A stretch of 64,000 bases of DNA from Candidatus Eiseniibacteriota bacterium (GTDB lineage Bacteria; Eisenbacteria; RBG-16-71-46; CAIMUX01; VGJL01): the NCBI GenBank assembly GCA_963792585.1, contig CAWBWI010000006.1, positions 1,006,009 to 1,070,008 of the forward strand, written 5' to 3'. The translations under genes and the position numbers were made by a program. Positions 59,438-64,000 of this stretch are shown here, in pieces. How positions within the stretch are numbered: position 1 is the stretch's first letter; each line of letters starts with the position of its first letter. The notes beneath the pieces are model-generated. The model was not told the DNA's origin. It searched no databases and saw nothing but the letters and a program-made list of their open reading frames with translations.

Positions 59438-62400
59438 TCAGTCCAACAGCGCCGTCAGATCCGTTCCGGTCAGCGTCTCCCGCTTGACCAGTTCCTGCGC
59501 GAAGTTCCGCAGTTTCTCCCGCTTCGGCTCGAGCATCGCGCGGACCGCATCCCGTTGTTCCGCGAGCCAGGTTCTCGATGCGGCGATCGCGGCCTCCTGG
59601 CTGGCCGATTCGAAGGGCATCCCTTCGGCGACTTGGAGTCCGCGTTTGATCCCCCGGAGATTCAGCAGACCGATCCGCTCGTCCATTCCCCACGAGGAGA
59701 TCATCTGAACGGTCAGGGTCGTGGCCCGCTCGAGATCATCGGAGCAGCCGCTCGTGATCCCCTCTCCGCCGAGCAGCATCTCCTCGGCGACCCTTCCGGC
59801 GAGCAGGACGCGGACCTCCCCTCTGATGCGGGCGAGACTCTGGTCCGAGTAGTGCTTGCCGGGCACGTGCTCGGTGAAGCCGAGCGCGCGTCCCCGAGGG
59901 AGAATCGAGACCTGGCTCACCGCCTCGTCGGGGAAGATCACCCGATGGACAAGGGCGTGACCCGCCTCGTGCACGGCGGTGCTCCACTTGGTCGCCTCGT
60001 CCAGAAGCGCGCGTTCGGAGGCGAGACCGAAGCGGACGATGGTGATCGCTTCGTCCAAATCGGCCTGCGCGACCACCCCACGCCCTTGCCGGAGGGCCAG
60101 GAAGCCTGCCTCCTTGCAGACCTGCTTGATGTCGGCGCCGCTCAAGCCGGCCGTTCGTCCCGCGAGACGCGGGATGTCGACGTCGCCGGCGAGCTTCATC
60201 CCCTTCAGGTGGATCTTGAAGATCCCCTCGCGGCCCGGCGCGCTGGGGTTGGGCACTTCGATCTGCAGATCGAAGCGGCCGGAACGCACCAGCGCCGGGT
60301 CCAGGATGTCGGGTCGATTCGTCGCGGCCATGACGAAGATCGGCCGCGAACCCTGCTTGAAGCCGTCCATCTGCGCGAGGAGTTCGTTCAAGACCCCGGT
60401 CCGCCAGGCGGTCTCCTGCGAATCCCCGCGTGTCGAGCCGATCGAGTCGATCTCGTCGATGAAGATGACGGCGGGCGCGTAGCGCCGCGCGGCCGCGAAG
60501 AGCCCCCGGATCGCCCCCTCCGACTCGCCGACGTATTTGTTGTAGACCTCGGAGCCGGAGATCGCGAAGAAGGGCACGCTCGACTCGCCGGCGACCGCCC
60601 GCGCGAGCGTCGTCTTGCCGGTCCCCGGCGGGCCGGTCAGCAGGATCCCCTTCGGCATGTCGAGGCCGAGATCGAGGATCGGACGCGGGTCGCGCAGCCA
60701 GCGGACGATCTCCTGGAGACGATCCTTCGCCTGCTCCGCGCCGGCGACGTCCTCGAAGCGCTCGCGCGGCAGATCGACCCAGCCCATGGCGCCGCGATCG
60801 CGCGAGGCGACGGCCGTGACCTCCCGCAATCCGCGAAGCTCCAGCAGGAGGGCGCCATCGGCGGTCGCGGCGGGATTCGTGTGGAGATCGAACTCGATGA
60901 TCTTGAACCGCCCCTGGAACTGCTCGACCAGCCGTTGGCGGCGCTGGGCGACGTCGACTTCGCGAAGCTGGCGGAAGAAGCTGTCGCGCTCGAGGGCCTC
61001 CTGGTCGGCGCTCGTGTAGAAGCGCTTCTGCAGAATGCCAGCGGCGCCGCCCTCCTCGGAGACGCGCTGCAGCGCCTCGGCGGAGAGGCCGCGCTTCTCG
61101 GGAGATTCGGAGAAGAGATACACCGGGACCTGCGGGAATCGCGACCGCAACCAGCGCAGGAGCGCGAGCCCGTTTTCCATGACGCGCTCCTCGCGCCGCG
61201 TTCCGATGTGGAGATCGAGAAGGATCAGATTCGTGCGACCTTTGCGCAGGATCGCGTCAGCGTCCTCCTGTGCTCGCGCTTGCTCCCACCGGAAGGACGG
61301 ATCCTTCTCGACCTTCCAGTCGTCGTCGTCGAGGAGCAGGAGGTGGCTTTGCTCGGCGAGCGTCTCGGTCACCGCCTTCGGAATTCCGTCATTGCGCGGC
61401 GCCGTCAGCCGGATCGCCGTCAGCTTCGGCAGGAGCGGCTCGTCGCCGTCGAGGAGCAGATCCTTCTGATCGTGCAGGAGGTCCTTCACCGCCGTGTAGA
61501 GGAAGTTGCGCAGGCCCGTCGTCAGGCGGCGCGCGTCGCCGCCCGCGCCGAAGCGGAGGACGAGGAGCGTGAGGAGCAGCGGGTCGGTCGCTTCCAGACC
61601 GATCCCAATCCCCGCGCGCAGCTCGTCCGATACCTGTCGGACGGTCAGATCCGCGATTCGTTCGAGGGCGAGCCCGCCAAGGCGGTCGAAGAGGACGAGG
61701 TGGCCCTTGGCCATCCGCGAGAGGAGCTCCGGCGTGAGCCCGGATCCCTCGGGTCCGGTGTTCGTCGCCTCCTTGCCGAGCGCCTGGAGGATCGCGTCGT
61801 TCAGATACTGCGAGTCGCGCAGGAATCCCGAACGTTCGGGGGTGTCGTAGAGTTCACGGCCGAGGTTGGTCGTGAAGATCAGGGTCGTCCGGGAAAGGTC
61901 GACTTCCTGCCGGAGGTTGTTGTCGTAGAGGCGCCCGGAGTCGAGGATCTGGAGGAAGATGTTCTGCGTGTTGGGGTGCGCCTTCTCGATCTCGTCGATC
62001 AGGATGAAGCCGTCCGGGTGATCGATGGCGAAGCTCGTGAGCAGGCCCTTGCTCGAGCCGGTGTAGCTCGGATTGAAGCCGACGAGCTGCTCGTGCGCCT
62101 GGTGGGTCGAGTAGGCGCTCATGTCGAGCCGCAGGAGCGCGGCCGCGTCGCCGGTCTTCAGGTGATCGGCGATGATCTCGGCCATGTAGGTCTTGCCGAC
62201 GCCGGGAGGGCCGAGGAAGGTGAGGATCATCCTCGGTCCGGGGTGGAGGATGTCGTCCTGCGATCCGGCGCTGCGCTTGAGTTCGGTTGCGAAGGAGGCG
62301 TCGCAGACCATGTCGATGGCGCGCGACTGCCCGACGATTCTCTTGCCCAGCGCGGCGCGCAGAGTCTCGGTGCCGGTCATGATCTTCCTCAGGGCGACCA

Positions 62401-62824
62401 CGCCCGACTCCCCGGCCCCTTCTCGCTCGCCCGCGCTCTGCTCGATCAGCGTTCTGACCCAGGGTTCCTGGCCCTGCAACGCGCCCAGGACTCCCTTCAG
62501 GACCGTCTCGGCCTTCAGCTCGCCGTGCTGGCGCCAGACATCGTCAGTGATCGACTTCAGACGGGGCGCGAGGTTGAACCGCCGGTCGGGCACCGGCTCG
62601 GCGACGCGGGAGAGTTCGCCCTTGATCGCGGGTTCGAGCTTGCGTTCGGGATGCGCGTCGGAGTGGAGGAGGTCGATCAGGATCGCCCGCCCCTTCGGGC
62701 TCTTGAACGCGCCGAGGAGAATGTGTGTCGCGTCGAGTGCATCCGCACCTTCCGCGATCGCCACTCCCTTCGCCCAGCCAATGATGTCGGTGAAGACGGG
62801 ATCGAGAGGTGGTGTTTGCGGCAT
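59438..62824 (-). CDS. Soluble multidomain AAA+ metalloprotease: Clp-N-like, ClpB-D2-type AAA+, REC, FtsH-type AAA+, peptidase M41
   Basis: [17 protein letters not shown] / LIDEIEKAH / [16 protein letters not shown] / LLDLH / LFS / [10 protein letters not shown] / FIDEID / [37 protein letters not shown]. No TM helix. Confidence 0.9.
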   Translation of the reverse strand: MPQTPPLDPVFTDIIGWAKGVAIAEGADALDATHILLGAFKSPKGRAILIDLLHSDAHPERKLEPAIKGELSRVAEPVPDRRFNLAPRLKSITDDVWRQHGELKAETVLKGVLGALQGQEPWVRTLIEQSAGEREGAGESGVVALRKIMTGTETLRAALGKRIVGQSRAIDMVCDASFATELKRSAGSQDDILHPGPRMILTFLGPPGVGKTYMAEIIADHLKTGDAAALLRLDMSAYSTHQAHEQLVGFNPSYTGSSKGLLTSFAIDHPDGFILIDEIEKAHPNTQNIFLQILDSGRLYDNNLRQEVDLSRTTLIFTTNLGRELYDTPERSGFLRDSQYLNDAILQALGKEATNTGPEGSGLTPELLSRMAKGHLVLFDRLGGLALERIADLTVRQVSDELRAGIGIGLEATDPLLLTLLVLRFGAGGDARRLTTGLRNFLYTAVKDLLHDQKDLLLDGDEPLLPKLTAIRLTAPRNDGIPKAVTETLAEQSHLLLLDDDDWKVEKDPSFRWEQARAQEDADAILRKGRTNLILLDLHIGTRREERVMENGLALLRWLRSRFPQVPVYLFSESPEKRGLSAEALQRVSEEGGAAGILQKRFYTSADQEALERDSFFRQLREVDVAQRRQRLVEQFQGRFKIIEFDLHTNPAATADGALLLELRGLREVTAVASRDRGAMGWVDLPRERFEDVAGAEQAKDRLQEIVRWLRDPRPILDLGLDMPKGILLTGPPGTGKTTLARAVAGESSVPFFAISGSEVYNKYVGESEGAIRGLFAAARRYAPAVIFIDEIDSIGSTRGDSQETAWRTGVLNELLAQMDGFKQGSRPIFVMAATNRPDILDPALVRSGRFDLQIEVPNPSAPGREGIFKIHLKGMKLAGDVDIPRLAGRTAGLSGADIKQVCKEAGFLALRQGRGVVAQADLDEAITIVRFGLASERALLDEATKWSTAVHEAGHALVHRVIFPDEAVSQVSILPRGRALGFTEHVPGKHYSDQSLARIRGEVRVLLAGRVAEEMLLGGEGITSGCSDDLERATTLTVQMISSWGMDERIGLLNLRGIKRGLQVAEGMPFESASQEAAIAASRTWLAEQRDAVRAMLEPKREKLRNFAQELVKRETLTGTDLTALLD

Positions 62825-62929
62825 TTCTCCATCCTGTTGTGTTGGGTGGCTCCGAGAGCGTCCACCGGGACAGTCACGTCGTCGACGAGCGTGATGATTC
62901 TATGCCCCGGGGTTTGGGGATGACAAGCT

Positions 62930-62981
62930 GGGGCCTCCGAATGGGGCTTCGAGACGGGGCTTCCAGATGGGACTTCGAACG
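62930..62981. repeat. Degenerate 13-bp tandem repeat, 4 copies, in the divergent intergenic region
   Basis: GGGGCCTCCGAAT, GGGGCTTCGAGAC, GGGGCTTCCAGAT, GGGACTTCGAACG. Confidence 0.6.
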
Positions 62982-63133
62982 GCGGCCTCCGGGCGGCGGC
63001 CGCTGAACAGCCGTCTCCGAGCGGCGCCCGGGAACGGCCTCAACGAAGAAGTCTTGAACGAACCGGATGTGGGTTCCGTCCAAGGAAGTCCCCCCCCGGC
63101 GGCGGTGCCGAGGGCCGGGACGGAGGGCTATCG

Positions 63134-64000
63134 ATGAACACGATCCAGAAAGACGATGGGGCATGCGTGGCCGGACACTTCAGGGGGCGCGTCGGGCCGC
63201 CGCGCGCGGGGCGCTTCGGACGGGCCGTCCGATCGGCGGTTCTGTGGTCGGTTCTCGCCGGTCTCGCCTGCGCGGCCGTTGGGGGGCTGCCGGCCTTCGC
63301 GGCCCCCACCGATCTCAAGTCGGCGCTCGAACCGATCTGCTCCCGGACCGGGATGCCCGGAATCGCGGCCGCGGCCGTCCGGGACGGGAGGATCGTCGCC
63401 CAGGGGGTGGTCGGCGTCCGCGCGCTGGGAGACCCGACGCCCGTCGATCCCGACGACTCGTTCCTGATTGGCTCCTGCGCGAAGTCGATGCTGCGCGTTC
63501 TCGTCGCGCGGCTGGCCGACGCAGGGACGCTCTCCTTCGACACGACGCTCGGGGAGGCGTTGAAGGACATTCCAATGCGGGACGCCTACCGCGCCGTGAC
63601 GATCCGGCAGGTCCTCGCCCACCGCGGCGGGATCCAACCGTACACGCAGATCGGTCCGAAGATGACCCCCTGGCTCTTCCAGCTCACGGGGACGCCGGTC
63701 GAACAGCGTGAAGCGTTCACCAGACATCTGCTGGACGAGCCTTTGGCCGCGACGCCGGGTACGGAGGAGGTCTATTCCAACGCGGGGTTCGGGATCGTCG
63801 CCCACGTCGCGGAGCGCCTCGCCGGGAAAGCGTGGGAAGAGCTGGTGCGCGAACAGGTCTTCACACCGCTCGGGATGACGACGGCGACGATCGGCCTGCC
63901 GACATCGGCGGAGCGGCCCGAGGGGGTTCGCGGCCATTTCCAGAGTGAGGGCGGCTATCAGCTCGTTCCTGGATGGCGGGAGCCGCTGCCGCCCATCGCG
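63134..64000 (+). CDS. Serine hydrolase, beta-lactamase/class C-like family (runs off the window)
   Basis: Manual translation from ATG 63134 (SD GGAGG): signal-like segment, MPGIAAA, FLIGSCAKSM (SxxK), VTIRQVLAHRGG, YSNAGF, LFTPLGM-like. Confidence 0.88.
   Translation, partial: MNTIQKDDGACVAGHFRGRVGPPRAGRFGRAVRSAVLWSVLAGLACAAVGGLPAFAAPTDLKSALEPICSRTGMPGIAAAAVRDGRIVAQGVVGVRALGDPTPVDPDDSFLIGSCAKSMLRVLVARLADAGTLSFDTTLGEALKDIPMRDAYRAVTIRQVLAHRGGIQPYTQIGPKMTPWLFQLTGTPVEQREAFTRHLLDEPLAATPGTEEVYSNAGFGIVAHVAERLAGKAWEELVREQVFTPLGMTTATIGLPTSAERPEGVRGHFQSEGGYQLVPGWREPLPPIA

Noticed and set aside
59555..62923. 1122-aa plus-strand ORF
   Set aside because: Antisense shadow of the AAA+ protease gene. It has no motifs and is expected from high-GC codon bias.

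Overview
High-GC bacterial chromosomal window, probably from a long-read metagenome assembly. Four secreted proteins end in an FlgD-Ig/T9SS-like sorting domain, which suggests an FCB-related lineage such as Eisenbacteria (inference). About 45 genes; no rRNA, tRNA, CRISPR array or mobile element was recognised. Main observations: (1) Two paralogous CRISPR-free four-gene modules, each with an ECF sigma factor, a soluble anti-sigma-like protein, a TPR-CHAT (caspase-like) protease and a secreted S8 subtilase (2.5-8.2 kb and 18.8-24.8 kb). A shared bipartite motif, (T/G)GTATC-N18/19-(A/T)CT[GCAA(G/T)GAG], lies in front of both anti-sigma genes, S8 #1 and a kamA-ggt pair, and looks like the promoter of these sigma factors. 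(2) A soluble 1128-aa fusion of Clp-N, ClpB-D2-type AAA+, response-regulator receiver, FtsH-type AAA+ and M41 protease, followed by a YbjN-like gene and a double Zn-ribbon gene. (3) Smaller signals: a leader peptide before rsgA, an orphan promoter with a structured candidate ncRNA, triple GATATC and paired ATTTCTAGAAAT operators, and a LexA-like box. The rest is housekeeping or accessory (recD2, carAB, asnB, sod, GH57 glycogen genes, MoxR-DUF58-BatA). Dense frameshifts at about 38-43 kb and 54-56.5 kb are most likely sequencing errors.
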